DNA of 47,882 nt from Spirochaetota bacterium (GTDB lineage: Bacteria > Spirochaetota > Spirochaetia > Treponematales > UBA12059). This document shows positions 17,896 to 27,936 of the stretch, piece by piece. The first letter of the stretch is position 1. Every line of letters begins with the position of its first letter. The stretch is from NCBI GenBank assembly GCA_020048755.1, contig JAIFMD010000153.1, forward strand, positions 1 through 47,882, read 5' to 3'. A program made the translations under genes and the position numbers. The notes below the pieces were generated by a model, which saw only the letters and a list, made by a program, of their open reading frames with translations, did no database searches and was not told where the DNA came from.

Positions 17896-20717
17896 GCGCC
17901 GCGATGCTGCAGCACTGAATCAGCCAGAGCCTTCAGGGTGCTGTCCCCGGCAGTAGTGGCGGACAAACCACTACGGTTGACGGTGTACACCCCATCGATC
18001 ATCACGATTGCGTCACCAGGCTCAGTATCTTCCAGCGGGAGGGCGTCGGACGGCCCGGTTTCAGACACGATGGGCAATTCTTCTAGCTGGCCGCTGGACC
18101 AATCAGGGTTACGATGGGAGAATGCGCTGATTATCTGGCGGTAACCAGAACCTTCAAGAGGTTCGACATCGACAATCTCTGAATCGTCAAAGGTAACAAC
18201 CTGCAACTCCTCGATACGCTCCCGTTGCTCATCGGTAAGCATAGATATTCCGTCGCTGGCTATTTCTTCTGAATAATCGGCTTCGGGCTCCGGTAATACC
18301 GAGGGTTGTACCTCCCCAAAGCTGGCATCATCGATCTCAAGGAAACCATCTTCATCGCTGTAGCCTTCGAGCCCGCTTAAATCCAGCGCGCTCAGGAAGA
18401 GGTCAAACTCGACTTCCTCAAGCAAGTCTTCCATGTCCTCAGCGGTTTCTCCAGGTTCCTGGTCAATTACCGCCAATGATACTCCCAGTTCCTGAACTGT
18501 TTCGGCTATGTCTTCAAGCGGAGATGCGAAAACCAATTCAGTAACAGGCTCTTCTTCGATGGAAATCTCGACTTCAACTCTCGCAGGTTCCTGATAGTCC
18601 GGCTCTTCTTCATACCTGCCTGCTTCAAGGTAGCCTATGATGTCAGCCAGATCAGTCTCTTCTACAAGCTCAAGGCCAAGGCTCTCAGGAATTATTGGAT
18701 AGTCATCGTCATCATCGGTTGCCAAAGCCAGAGCTTCTGCCGACAGACTGCCCCACTCGACAGCCTCTTCATCATCAGAATCAACGCTCTCAGCAAGTTC
18801 CTCGAGTTCCTCGAGAACTTCTGCTTTCTCAAGCCCGTCTGGTTTTTTGGCTTCAACTGGCTCGCTGGTTTCTTCAAGTTCCTCTAGTTCTTCAAGTTCC
18901 TCAAGTTCCTCAAGTTCCTCAAGTTCCTCAATTTCCTCAAGTTCTTCAAGTTCTTCAAGTTTTCCGGGTTCCCTGGTTTCCTCAAGTTCCCCGGCTTCTT
19001 CAAGCTCTTCAATTTCCTCTTGTTCTTGAACTTCGTTAACTACCTCGACTTCTTCAAGTTCTCCAACTTCTTCAACTTCTTCAAGTTCTTCAAGTTCTTC
19101 GGCTTCGACAAGTTCAGAAGCGGACGTGGTTGCCGGAGCTTCTACAATTTCGTCCCTGGCAATCCCGGCAGCGGCTTGTGCTTCCTCGAACGCTTCTATT
19201 TCTTCAATTTCATCAAGTTCTTCAATTTCCTCGGCTTCTTCCAACTCACCAAGTTCCTCAACGTCACCGACTTCACTGACTTCAGCGATTTCCTCGACGT
19301 CCCTGACTTCCTCAGCATCTTCAATTTCGCTGAGTTCTTCCAGGTCTTCAATTTCTTCGGCAACCTCGGTTGCTCCAACGAGGCTGGCAAGGCCGGGTTC
19401 CACCTGCACGATGCGGGAAGGACGTGTCGCAGGTGCTTGACCCTGCGCATTTCCGATAACAAATGAACCCTTGCTCAAGGCCTCTTTCAGGAGCGCTTCG
19501 ATCTTGGCCAGATCCATACCGCCCGCCCGTTCGCCCCGTGAGGTCATGACGGCAATGATCTCGTCCCAGGATTTATCTATGAGTGCATCAACATCGGCAG
19601 AGCGTTTTTTGGCTATTTTCCCAGCACTCTTGCGTATCCGGTCCCGGGTTTCGGCCCTGCGGGCCTCAAGTTCTCCCTTCCAGCGCGCGAGATCCATGTC
19701 CCCCTTGCGTTCCAGATACTCTTCAAGGAGTTCGATCTGGAAACGCTTGATCCTGCCAGCAAGCACGGCAAAACGATCCTGCCTGAGGTTCAGTAGCAAG
19801 AACAGGGCCAGATACACGGTTATGAAGAAGGTGGTGAGTAGCAACCAACGGAAGGATTCTGGCATTTCAAACCAGGAAGCGGGAACAAGCAGTCCTACGA
19901 GGCCGGATTCTCCACGCCGGGAAAACAGGATGTAGGAGCCTGAGGCTTCGGAAGCGCCTACGGGGATGGGTTCTGCGTTGGGACCGGCAGACCAGATTTC
20001 AGCTACGCGCGATACAAGATCCTGCCCCCCCCAGGCGGGGGCTCCGATCAGGATACCCTGCGTTTCTACTGCTATGACATCGTCGCCAAGCGGTATGCGA
20101 CCATCCTGCACGAGTCGTTCAAGGAGGCCAGAGAATGCAACATAGAATACGGCGCTACCGCGGTACACACCAAATCCGTCAACGAACGGGAATCTGTAGG
20201 CAAACGAGCGCTTTGTCGGAAGCGTTGTAACTGTCCCGGCCTGGCTTTCGGGGATGGACAGGAGTTCAAACGGTTCATCCCCTGCCTCGCCATAATTGCG
20301 ATACACAATCCTGAGAGATTCAGAACGGACGACATCGCCAGGAAAGGTGCTGAAGTGGATGCGTTTGCCATCCTGATCGAGGATTCTGATGCCTTGAAGC
20401 CCGGCCGTCTCCTCTGCCAGTAGTCCAAAGGTCCGCGTGCGGTCAAATATGTCCTGGGCACTCTGATTCGGCAGGAAACTGCGTCTGACATAGTCGATTT
20501 TGAGCAGTTCGGCAAAGCGCTCGATATTGCGTTGATGGTAGGCAGTCGTGGATTCGGTCAGGCCGTCTATCGAAATTTCAACAGAACGCCTGACCCGTTC
20601 ATCAAAGAAGCTGGTTTCAATGACCGAGAACAAGCCTGAATACGCCAAGGCAGCAAAGCCAGCGGCTAGCAGGGTTGAGACGAGTAGGCTTACTGAGGCC
20701 TTCTGTCCTACGGTCAT
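17892..20717 (-). CDS. Large membrane protein: TM, periplasmic sensor-like domain, TM, very acidic low-complexity cytoplasmic tail
   Basis: Long ORF (track start 20825; probable start 20717 or 20723). Two TM segments, then about 500 aa rich in E/D with (EEL)n repeats. Confidence 0.8.
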   Translation of the reverse strand: MTVGQKASVSLLVSTLLAAGFAALAYSGLFSVIETSFFDERVRRSVEISIDGLTESTTAYHQRNIERFAELLKIDYVRRSFLPNQSAQDIFDRTRTFGLLAEETAGLQGIRILDQDGKRIHFSTFPGDVVRSESLRIVYRNYGEAGDEPFELLSIPESQAGTVTTLPTKRSFAYRFPFVDGFGVYRGSAVFYVAFSGLLERLVQDGRIPLGDDVIAVETQGILIGAPAWGGQDLVSRVAEIWSAGPNAEPIPVGASEASGSYILFSRRGESGLVGLLVPASWFEMPESFRWLLLTTFFITVYLALFLLLNLRQDRFAVLAGRIKRFQIELLEEYLERKGDMDLARWKGELEARRAETRDRIRKSAGKIAKKRSADVDALIDKSWDEIIAVMTSRGERAGGMDLAKIEALLKEALSKGSFVIGNAQGQAPATRPSRIVQVEPGLASLVGATEVAEEIEDLEELSEIEDAEEVRDVEEIAEVSEVGDVEELGELEEAEEIEELDEIEEIEAFEEAQAAAGIARDEIVEAPATTSASELVEAEELEELEEVEEVGELEEVEVVNEVQEQEEIEELEEAGELEETREPGKLEELEELEEIEELEELEELEELEELEELEETSEPVEAKKPDGLEKAEVLEELEELAESVDSDDEEAVEWGSLSAEALALATDDDDDYPIIPESLGLELVEETDLADIIGYLEAGRYEEEPDYQEPARVEVEISIEEEPVTELVFASPLEDIAETVQELGVSLAVIDQEPGETAEDMEDLLEEVEFDLFLSALDLSGLEGYSDEDGFLEIDDASFGEVQPSVLPEPEADYSEEIASDGISMLTDEQRERIEELQVVTFDDSEIVDVEPLEGSGYRQIISAFSHRNPDWSSGQLEELPIVSETGPSDALPLEDTEPGDAIVMIDGVYTVNRSGLSATTAGDSTLKALADSVLQHRGA
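18871..18960. repeat. Coding 9-bp tandem repeat (about 10 copies), encoding (EEL)n
   Basis: Repeated TCAAGTTCC / TCAAGTTCT units on the plus strand; more degenerate copies extend to about 19360. Confidence 0.85.
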
Positions 20718-20856
20718 CGACATCCTAACATAAGGGTACTTCATTACATTTTCGGAATGGGCGAAGGTTTTGTTGAGCGCTACATCGCTTGTTGCACTCC
20801 GTTTGTCATAATATACTGCCAACACATGCTCGCCAAGTCAAATACAGGCGGATACC

Positions 20857-23676
20857 GTGCGGAGGATAACCTTGAAACGCTCTGTTTTGGCGGCTTTAAT
20901 GGTCGGAATGCTCGTTTGTCCAGCATCGGCAGACCTCTTCTCTCCCGATCGGCATCTTGAAATTGTGCAGACTCAATACTTCTCGTTCATATTTCCGGCA
21001 GAATCCAGGCCTGCCATAGAGTACCTGGCAGGTTTTGCCGACGATGCCTACCGGGAAATAGCGTCGTTGCTGGGAACCACTCCACAGCACCGCTTTCCCG
21101 TGGTCATCACTCCCGATTCAGAGGAGCTCAACGGCTACTTTACCTGGGTACCGTACCTCAAGATAGTGCTATACCAGGCTCCTACAGACATGAATTCCAC
21201 CCTCGGATCGTTCAACGATGACCTGCGCAAGCTCTTTTACCACGAACTGACGCATGCGGTTTCACTTACCATCCGGTCTGGAATCGAGAATGCCGTAGTT
21301 GCGATCTTTGGTGCGCCCCTTGGCGCATCTGCATACCTTGCACCGCTGTCCTTCGTTGAGGGCGTTACCGTCTCACTGGAAAGCCAAGACGGCCATGGCA
21401 GGGCCACAGATCCGCTGCTTGGTGCATGGTTGCGCCAGGATATTGTTGAAGACCGCTGGAAAAGCTTCAGTCAGGCCGCAGGCGCATGGGATCTCCATCC
21501 CGGACGTGGACTCTACTATATTTATGGTGGTTTTTTTTCCCGCTATCTGCAGAAAACCTACGGCATGGAAGCATACGCCCGGCTTTGGCGCAGCTTCGGT
21601 GCAACATCCGTGTTCAGGCCCCTCGATGACGGCTTCATCAAGAGAGGCAGGTTTTCAAGCATATACGGACTGAGCCTCACTGACGCCTGGAGCCAATTCA
21701 AAGCCTCGGTGACGCCCCGGACGCCGGTATACATGGCAGCGGAACCACTCAGAGGGCTCTCAGGCATATCAGCAATCGCGTCACAGGGGACAAGCCTGTA
21801 TTACGCTGACTATGAACACGGGATTGTCTACGAATATAACCTGAAAACCGGTTCTGAAGAGGCGCTGTTCCGCGCCGGGGCAGACATATCGCGCATCGAC
21901 GTCTCGCCCGATGGTTCGAGGCTGCTCATCTCGACAGTACGCTACAATTCCGATTTTCCGAGGTTGCTCCTGAAAACCTGGAATCTGAAGACTGGTGTGC
22001 TGGAAGACCTGCCCGCGGCAAGGATACGTGACGCGGCCTGGCTGCCTGGAAGTTCGTCATATGCCGGCATTGCGATAGACGGCTACCAGACCGACCTTGT
22101 AATCTGGAATGGAACCACGACGACAACGCTGCTTTCAGGAACTGAGCGTATCAGTTATGCGTCTCCTGTAGCCTCAATCGATGGCAAGACGTTGTATGCG
22201 CTGGCCAGGGAGGATGGAGCTGTATCCATCATACGGATAGCGCTCGATGGTTCATCAAAAGCGATCACTTCGGTGGACAGGCTGATCCTGCCGGAAAAAC
22301 TCACCTGGATACGCTACCTGTCGATGGGAACCGATGGCATCCTGAGATTCTCGTGGGATGACGAACTTTTCTACCGTCTGGCTGAACTCGACGGTGACAC
22401 CCTCGCCTATCAGAACGTACCCATGTCAGGTGGCGTACATTGGCCGCTAAGCGCCGATGGCAAGACATACTATCTGGGTAACTTCTCAGCCGGCATCGCT
22501 CCCTGCGCATTTCCGGAGGATAGGACGCCGTTCGGATTCGTCGAGGCGGAGGCTATCTGGCAACCGGCAACCGGGTTTGCGGAGGCACACTCGGTCTATG
22601 ATGAACCCGCAACGGTGGCAACCGCTCCTTACAACGTCCTGCGCTGGCTCGTACCGCAATTCTGGGTTCCCACCGCGCGTGGAGATGCCGGCGGACTGGA
22701 AGCCCTGGGCGTCCTCCTCTTCATAGCTGACCCGGCAGAACGGCTGTCGGCCTCGGCGGATGTTGACTGGAACCTGAGGGCCAGCGCAGTGGATTTTGGT
22801 ATATCGATAGATTGGTCTGGCTTTGCTGTCCCCGTCGCGCTGCAGGTATCCGATTCGTTTGAGGCCTCTGCAAACGGTACCACCGGAAGGACCAGCATGG
22901 CGACGATCGGCTTGAGCGACGTGCTATACCCATTCCGGGGCAATTCCTTTGCATGGAACCTGCAGGCAGGTTTGGCCGGAGCCGCACAAACCTCTACGGG
23001 TGCTTCCGCGTACCACCCCTGGAGCATCGTAGCGGCCATGCTCGCGGCCCAGGCGGGCTGGAGCGACTTTACCGCCGCCCGGTCGGATCAGGAAGCTCAG
23101 ACGGGATATTCAGCAACCCTTGCGGCCAGACTGGATACTCTGATCCATCCAGAGCTGGGAGCACCAGCCGCGGGCATAGAGGCCATGCTGACGGGCAGGC
23201 TCGCTCCCGGCGCCTTGTCTGTCTCGGCATATGGAGCGGCAGCCCTGACGAATGGCATGGCCTATGGACCAGCCGGGCGATACTCTTCGGTTTTCCTTTC
23301 TCCCATGCCAGCGCTTTACCCGGACTGGAATGAATTCTGGCAGTATTCAGCGGGCGTCTGGTTCGCAGAAGGCGAAGCAAGCCTCAGGCTGCTGGGGTTG
23401 GAGATCCAGCGTGGCCAGGGCGCATTCTATGCAAACAGGCTTTCCATCCGGGCAGGAGGCCGGGGCTACCTGAATTCCGGTGTCGCGTGGGCAGACGGCA
23501 TTACATACTCCGGATGGTCGCTGTTCGGACGGGCCAGCCTGACCTGGACACCGGCGATCGGTTCATGGGCCAGGATCCACCCGGTATCATATCTGGAAGT
23601 CTGGTGCCGCCCCGACCTCGCCACCGGTGACTATCTGCCACACGGGCTCTCGTACCTGCTCGTTGCGTCGTACTGA
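20857..23676 (+). CDS. Exported protein: zinc metallopeptidase-like domain, beta-propeller, putative outer-membrane beta-barrel
   Basis: Signal peptide; HELTH (HExxH) with downstream VEG Glu; TolB/PD40-like repeats (SPDGSRL, SIDGKTL); amphipathic beta-strands ending in a C-terminal aromatic residue. Confidence 0.7.
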   Translation: MRRITLKRSVLAALMVGMLVCPASADLFSPDRHLEIVQTQYFSFIFPAESRPAIEYLAGFADDAYREIASLLGTTPQHRFPVVITPDSEELNGYFTWVPYLKIVLYQAPTDMNSTLGSFNDDLRKLFYHELTHAVSLTIRSGIENAVVAIFGAPLGASAYLAPLSFVEGVTVSLESQDGHGRATDPLLGAWLRQDIVEDRWKSFSQAAGAWDLHPGRGLYYIYGGFFSRYLQKTYGMEAYARLWRSFGATSVFRPLDDGFIKRGRFSSIYGLSLTDAWSQFKASVTPRTPVYMAAEPLRGLSGISAIASQGTSLYYADYEHGIVYEYNLKTGSEEALFRAGADISRIDVSPDGSRLLISTVRYNSDFPRLLLKTWNLKTGVLEDLPAARIRDAAWLPGSSSYAGIAIDGYQTDLVIWNGTTTTTLLSGTERISYASPVASIDGKTLYALAREDGAVSIIRIALDGSSKAITSVDRLILPEKLTWIRYLSMGTDGILRFSWDDELFYRLAELDGDTLAYQNVPMSGGVHWPLSADGKTYYLGNFSAGIAPCAFPEDRTPFGFVEAEAIWQPATGFAEAHSVYDEPATVATAPYNVLRWLVPQFWVPTARGDAGGLEALGVLLFIADPAERLSASADVDWNLRASAVDFGISIDWSGFAVPVALQVSDSFEASANGTTGRTSMATIGLSDVLYPFRGNSFAWNLQAGLAGAAQTSTGASAYHPWSIVAAMLAAQAGWSDFTAARSDQEAQTGYSATLAARLDTLIHPELGAPAAGIEAMLTGRLAPGALSVSAYGAAALTNGMAYGPAGRYSSVFLSPMPALYPDWNEFWQYSAGVWFAEGEASLRLLGLEIQRGQGAFYANRLSIRAGGRGYLNSGVAWADGITYSGWSLFGRASLTWTPAIGSWARIHPVSYLEVWCRPDLATGDYLPHGLSYLLVASY

Positions 23677-23688
23677 AGGAGGCGCAGC

Positions 23689-26124
23689 ATGCTCGCGAGC
23701 GAACGATTTACCGCCGAGGCAGCCGCCGACCTGCGCGAAGCCATAGCCGATGCCGGTTACAACGAAGTCTTCGTGGCGGGCAAGCTCGACGGGAATGGAC
23801 TTGTCGCCGAGATCATCGTCGGAGCACGCGGAGGTGTATCCAGCGTTCCGGCTATTGCGGGATTCCTGGACCGTGGCGACGTCCTGATACACAACCATCC
23901 ATCAGGTCTCCTGGAACCCAGCAATGCTGACCTCTCGGTAGCCTCGCGCGCCGGCGAGAATGGCGTAGGCTCTTACATCGTCGATGGCGACGTGCGGGAA
24001 GTATACGTCGTCGCAGAGCCTGTCAGGGCACGGGCACTGATCGCCATAAATCCGGAAGAACTGGCGGGAGTACTCGATACGGGAGGCAAACTTGCCGAAC
24101 GATTGCCTGGCTATGAACCAAGACAGAGCCAGCTTGAACTCGTTAAAGCCATCGCGGATGCACTGAATGGCGGTTACGTGCTGGCCGCGGAGGCCGGCAC
24201 AGGCGTAGGAAAATCGTTCGCATACCTAATCCCGGCTTTTGCTTGGGCAGCGCGCAACAAGGAACGGGTCGTCGTCTCCACGGCTACCATAAACCTCCAG
24301 CGCCAGTTGATGGACAAGGACATCCCGCTCGTCGCGTCGATCTTCAAGAAGAAACTCAAGGCGGTACTCGTCAAGGGACGCGGCAACTACCTGTGCAAGA
24401 TACGGCTCCAGGACGCGCTGGACGAAGAAGGACTGTTCGCGGGCGAGGATCACCCGCTCAGGCAGATAGAAGCCTGGGCAGGAACCACGGGAACGGGTGA
24501 TCGCTCTGACCTGTCATTCTGGCCGGAGGACGCGCTCTGGACCAGGGTCCGCTCGGAGTCTGACGACTGCCTGAACATGGCCTGCCCCCACCGTGATTCA
24601 TGCTTCGTGCTCAAGGTAAAGCGTGATGCGGCAGATGCCGACCTGATCGTGGCAAACCACCACATTCTGTTCAGCGACCTGGCCTCCCGCGCCGGAGGAT
24701 CCGGCTACGAATCCACTGCGGTACTTCCTCCGTACAACACCATCGTGTTTGACGAGGCCCACGCCATAGAATCTAGTGCAACCAGTTTCTTTTCAGAAGA
24801 GCTGACCAGATTTTCAGTCATGCGACAGTCGTCCAAGCTGTACCGCGAAAAACGGGGCAGGAAATTCGGCGTCATAGTCAAGCTCCAGAACCTCAAGGGG
24901 CTGAAGCCAGGTATACTCAAGCGCTTTCCAGATGCGGCTGACGCACTGCTCCTGGCAATCGATGTGGCTGATGCTGCGGCGCTCGCACTCATTGGCGAGG
25001 GCATGAACTACCGCCTCGTTAACCGGAGCCCGGAGGTCGAACAGGCAATAATCAAGCCACTCGGAGAGGTCGAGCGCGCAATACTGTCCATCGCAGAATT
25101 GCTCAAGGACGCGCTGGAAGGTGTTCCCGAAGAAGACGAGGCGGACCAGTCAGTGATAGAGACCAACCTGGCGCTCGTCAGGCTTTCAGAAATGGCATCG
25201 GTCTGCGCCCGGTTCCGGACCTTCGACGAGGACCCCGAGAGTGTATTCTGGCTGGATCGACGCAAGACCAGCCAGGGAGATCCCTTCACGCAATTCAGCA
25301 TTACCCCGCTGGACATCTCCATCATGATGAACGAGGCAGTATTCGATCAGTTCCGTGCCGTAATCTGCCTCTCGGCTACACTATCAGTAGGCAATTCATT
25401 TGAATTCTGGAAGCACCGCGTAGGCCTGTCCAACTCCGACTCGCGCACCGAATGCACAGCCTTCCCCTCCCCGTTCCCCTTTGAACGCAATGCACTCCTG
25501 GCGGCCGCCAGCGATGCGCCGGAGCCAAACTCGCCTGAATGGCAACCCTGGATCAACGATGCCGTGTTCAAGCTCGTAGAGGCCTCAGGAGGCAGGGCCC
25601 TCGTGCTGTTCACATCGTATACAGCGTTGCGGGCGGCCTGGGACTCGGTGAAGCCCCGCCTCGATGCGCTGGGCATCTCAGCGTTCCGGCAAGGCGATGA
25701 CGAGCGCACCCGGCTCATGGATGCCTTCAAGACGGATATTTCAAGCGTACTGTTTGCCACCGATTCGTTCTGGGAAGGTGTAGACGCACCCGGCGAAACG
25801 CTGGAACTCGTCATCATCACGAAATTGCCGTTCCGTGTGCCGACTGACCCTGTGCAGAAGGCCCGGGCCGAGGCTGTGGAACGCCGGGGTGGGAACTCCT
25901 TCATGGACCTTTCACTACCCGAGGCTGTGATACGCTTCAAACAGGGTTTCGGCCGGCTGATACGACACTCGGACGATAGAGGCGCAGTTGTCGTCCTTGA
26001 TGTACGCCTGCTCACCAAACGTTATGGCAACATTTTTATTTCTTCGCTGCCCAGGACAAAGACCAGCTTCGGCACGCTTCCGGAAATCACCGCCGACCTG
26101 CGCGCGTTCATCGGTAGACCGTAG
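23689..26124 (+). CDS. DinG/YoaA family ATP-dependent helicase with N-terminal JAB/MPN (RadC-like) domain
   Basis: HNHPSG..PS..D JAB motif; EAGTGVGKS, KGRGNYLC, Fe-S Cys cluster (CLNMACPHRDSC), DEAH, SATL, FWEGVD, QGFGRLIR. AAGGAGG RBS. Confidence 0.92.
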   Translation: MLASERFTAEAAADLREAIADAGYNEVFVAGKLDGNGLVAEIIVGARGGVSSVPAIAGFLDRGDVLIHNHPSGLLEPSNADLSVASRAGENGVGSYIVDGDVREVYVVAEPVRARALIAINPEELAGVLDTGGKLAERLPGYEPRQSQLELVKAIADALNGGYVLAAEAGTGVGKSFAYLIPAFAWAARNKERVVVSTATINLQRQLMDKDIPLVASIFKKKLKAVLVKGRGNYLCKIRLQDALDEEGLFAGEDHPLRQIEAWAGTTGTGDRSDLSFWPEDALWTRVRSESDDCLNMACPHRDSCFVLKVKRDAADADLIVANHHILFSDLASRAGGSGYESTAVLPPYNTIVFDEAHAIESSATSFFSEELTRFSVMRQSSKLYREKRGRKFGVIVKLQNLKGLKPGILKRFPDAADALLLAIDVADAAALALIGEGMNYRLVNRSPEVEQAIIKPLGEVERAILSIAELLKDALEGVPEEDEADQSVIETNLALVRLSEMASVCARFRTFDEDPESVFWLDRRKTSQGDPFTQFSITPLDISIMMNEAVFDQFRAVICLSATLSVGNSFEFWKHRVGLSNSDSRTECTAFPSPFPFERNALLAAASDAPEPNSPEWQPWINDAVFKLVEASGGRALVLFTSYTALRAAWDSVKPRLDALGISAFRQGDDERTRLMDAFKTDISSVLFATDSFWEGVDAPGETLELVIITKLPFRVPTDPVQKARAEAVERRGGNSFMDLSLPEAVIRFKQGFGRLIRHSDDRGAVVVLDVRLLTKRYGNIFISSLPRTKTSFGTLPEITADLRAFIGRP

Positions 26125-26149
26125 CGCTGACCGCGGGTACAATGTGCTC

Positions 26150-27373
26150 ATGGCACTCTATTTGCTTGAAAACACCGTACAGAACTATGACTGGGGTTCC
26201 ACTGTGGAACTTCCCGGATTGTTGGGCAAGGACAATCCATCCGGAGAACCCTGGGCGGAACTCTGGATGGGAGCGCATCCCAAGGCTCCATCTATCGCGG
26301 TCGACCCGGCCACCGGAGCACGGATACCGCTGGACAAGCTCATAGCAGAAGCACCCATAAAAGTACTCGGCAGTTCGGTGGCAGGCCGGTTCAACAATGC
26401 GTTGCCATTCCTGTTCAAAATCCTGTCTGCGGCAAAACCCCTCTCCATCCAGGCCCATCCCTCCAAGCGCAAGGCGGAGCATGGATTCGCACGGGAGGAT
26501 TTCGCGGGCATACCTCTTGATGCACCAGAACGCAATTATAAAGACACAAACCATAAACCCGAGACAGTTGTTGCATTGACCTCGTTCGAAGGCCTATGCG
26601 GCTTCAGACCCATTGATGAGATCGTAGCGAACATCAAGTTGCTGGCACCCCAGGACTGGCAACGACTGGTTGGCAGACTGGCCGATGATCCGGGCAGACT
26701 GGAACTCTCGGTTTTTTTCCACACCATGATTTCGCAGACAGGCGATGTGATACAAAAACGCCTGGAGTATACCCTTGCCAGATGCAAGCGCATCGTTGCT
26801 TCAGAACAGCGGAACAGTCCCGGCGGCCTGCTTTTCTCCTGGGTACTCAAATTGCTGGAAACCCATCCTGGAGATGTCGGCGCTCTGGCTCCCCTGGTAC
26901 TCAACCTCTTCAGGCTCGAACCTGGCCAGGCGTTGAATATAACGGATGGCCAACCGCACGCATACCTGTGTGGAACCGCGGCAGAAATAATGGCCAACTC
27001 CGACAACGTACTCCGTGGAGGACTGACGAGCAAACATAGGGATGTTGCGGAATTCATTTCAACGCTCGGGTTTGACAGCGGACTCCTCCAGCCGGTGGTA
27101 CCGGTAGATTTGTCTGACGGTTTCAGCATGTACCACTGCGATGTTCCGGATTACGCGATAGCCAAAGCCGTTGTCTCCGGAGTTATGGAAGGACCCAAGC
27201 GGCAGTCGGTTCCCGAGATATTGCTGTGCACTGATGGAAAAGTCGAACTGGTTTCCACGAGCGGTCAACGAATTGCGCTTCCCAGGGGTACTTCAATATT
27301 CGTCACAGCCAACGAAAAACGCTATTCGATTGCTGGCAATGGAACTGTATTCAAGGCAAGCGTACCGTCATGA
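26150..27373 (+). CDS. manA: Mannose-6-phosphate isomerase, class I
   Basis: QNYDWGS, AELWMGAHP, LSIQAHP, YKDTNHKPE, PHAYL, MANSDNVLRGGLT. Start ATG 26150. Confidence 0.95.
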   Translation: MALYLLENTVQNYDWGSTVELPGLLGKDNPSGEPWAELWMGAHPKAPSIAVDPATGARIPLDKLIAEAPIKVLGSSVAGRFNNALPFLFKILSAAKPLSIQAHPSKRKAEHGFAREDFAGIPLDAPERNYKDTNHKPETVVALTSFEGLCGFRPIDEIVANIKLLAPQDWQRLVGRLADDPGRLELSVFFHTMISQTGDVIQKRLEYTLARCKRIVASEQRNSPGGLLFSWVLKLLETHPGDVGALAPLVLNLFRLEPGQALNITDGQPHAYLCGTAAEIMANSDNVLRGGLTSKHRDVAEFISTLGFDSGLLQPVVPVDLSDGFSMYHCDVPDYAIAKAVVSGVMEGPKRQSVPEILLCTDGKVELVSTSGQRIALPRGTSIFVTANEKRYSIAGNGTVFKASVPS

Positions 27374-27936
27374 CGATCTGGGCCGATGCAGATTCCTTGC
27401 CGCGCGAAGTAAAAGACCTCATCGGACGGCGCGCTGGTTCTTCCGGGGTCGAGCTTCCCATCCGGGCGGTATTCGTTGCCAACCGCCCCATGCCCCTGCC
27501 ACCTGGTAAAAACATGCAGGCCATCATCGTCGGACCCGCAGGAGCTACGGCAAAACCAGCTCGGAATCCTACGGATACTCCCGCTACAGCATGGGACAAT
27601 GCTGACGATTACATCATGTCTGCCGCCCATTATGGTGATATATTGATAACAAGAGATATTCCTCTGGCAGGAAGAGCAATAGCAAAGGGCATCACGTCGC
27701 TGAATGACAGGGGAGATCTGTGGACTGCGGATGCGGTACGTGAACGCGCATCGCTACGGGACCATATGGCAGCGTTGAGGGATCTCGGGGTCGCACCGCC
27801 TTCTCCAAAAAGCCGGAGTTACGGACTCAAAGACGTCAGGGCTTTTGCCAACGCCCTGGACAAGGCGATACGCATTGCAGCAACCGCACAGCGAGTGCAG
27901 CCGCTCAGAGATAGCGACGGTGACGGCAACGCTTAG
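27370..27936 (+). CDS. YaiI/YqxD (DUF188) family protein
   Basis: IWADADSLP, FVAN, ADDYI, ITRDIPLA, FANALD motifs. Confidence 0.85.
   Translation: MTIWADADSLPREVKDLIGRRAGSSGVELPIRAVFVANRPMPLPPGKNMQAIIVGPAGATAKPARNPTDTPATAWDNADDYIMSAAHYGDILITRDIPLAGRAIAKGITSLNDRGDLWTADAVRERASLRDHMAALRDLGVAPPSPKSRSYGLKDVRAFANALDKAIRIAATAQRVQPLRDSDGDGNA

Noticed and set aside
18695-19466. Ser-, Phe- and Gln-rich plus-strand ORFs
   Set aside because: Antisense shadows of the (EEL)n coding repeat.
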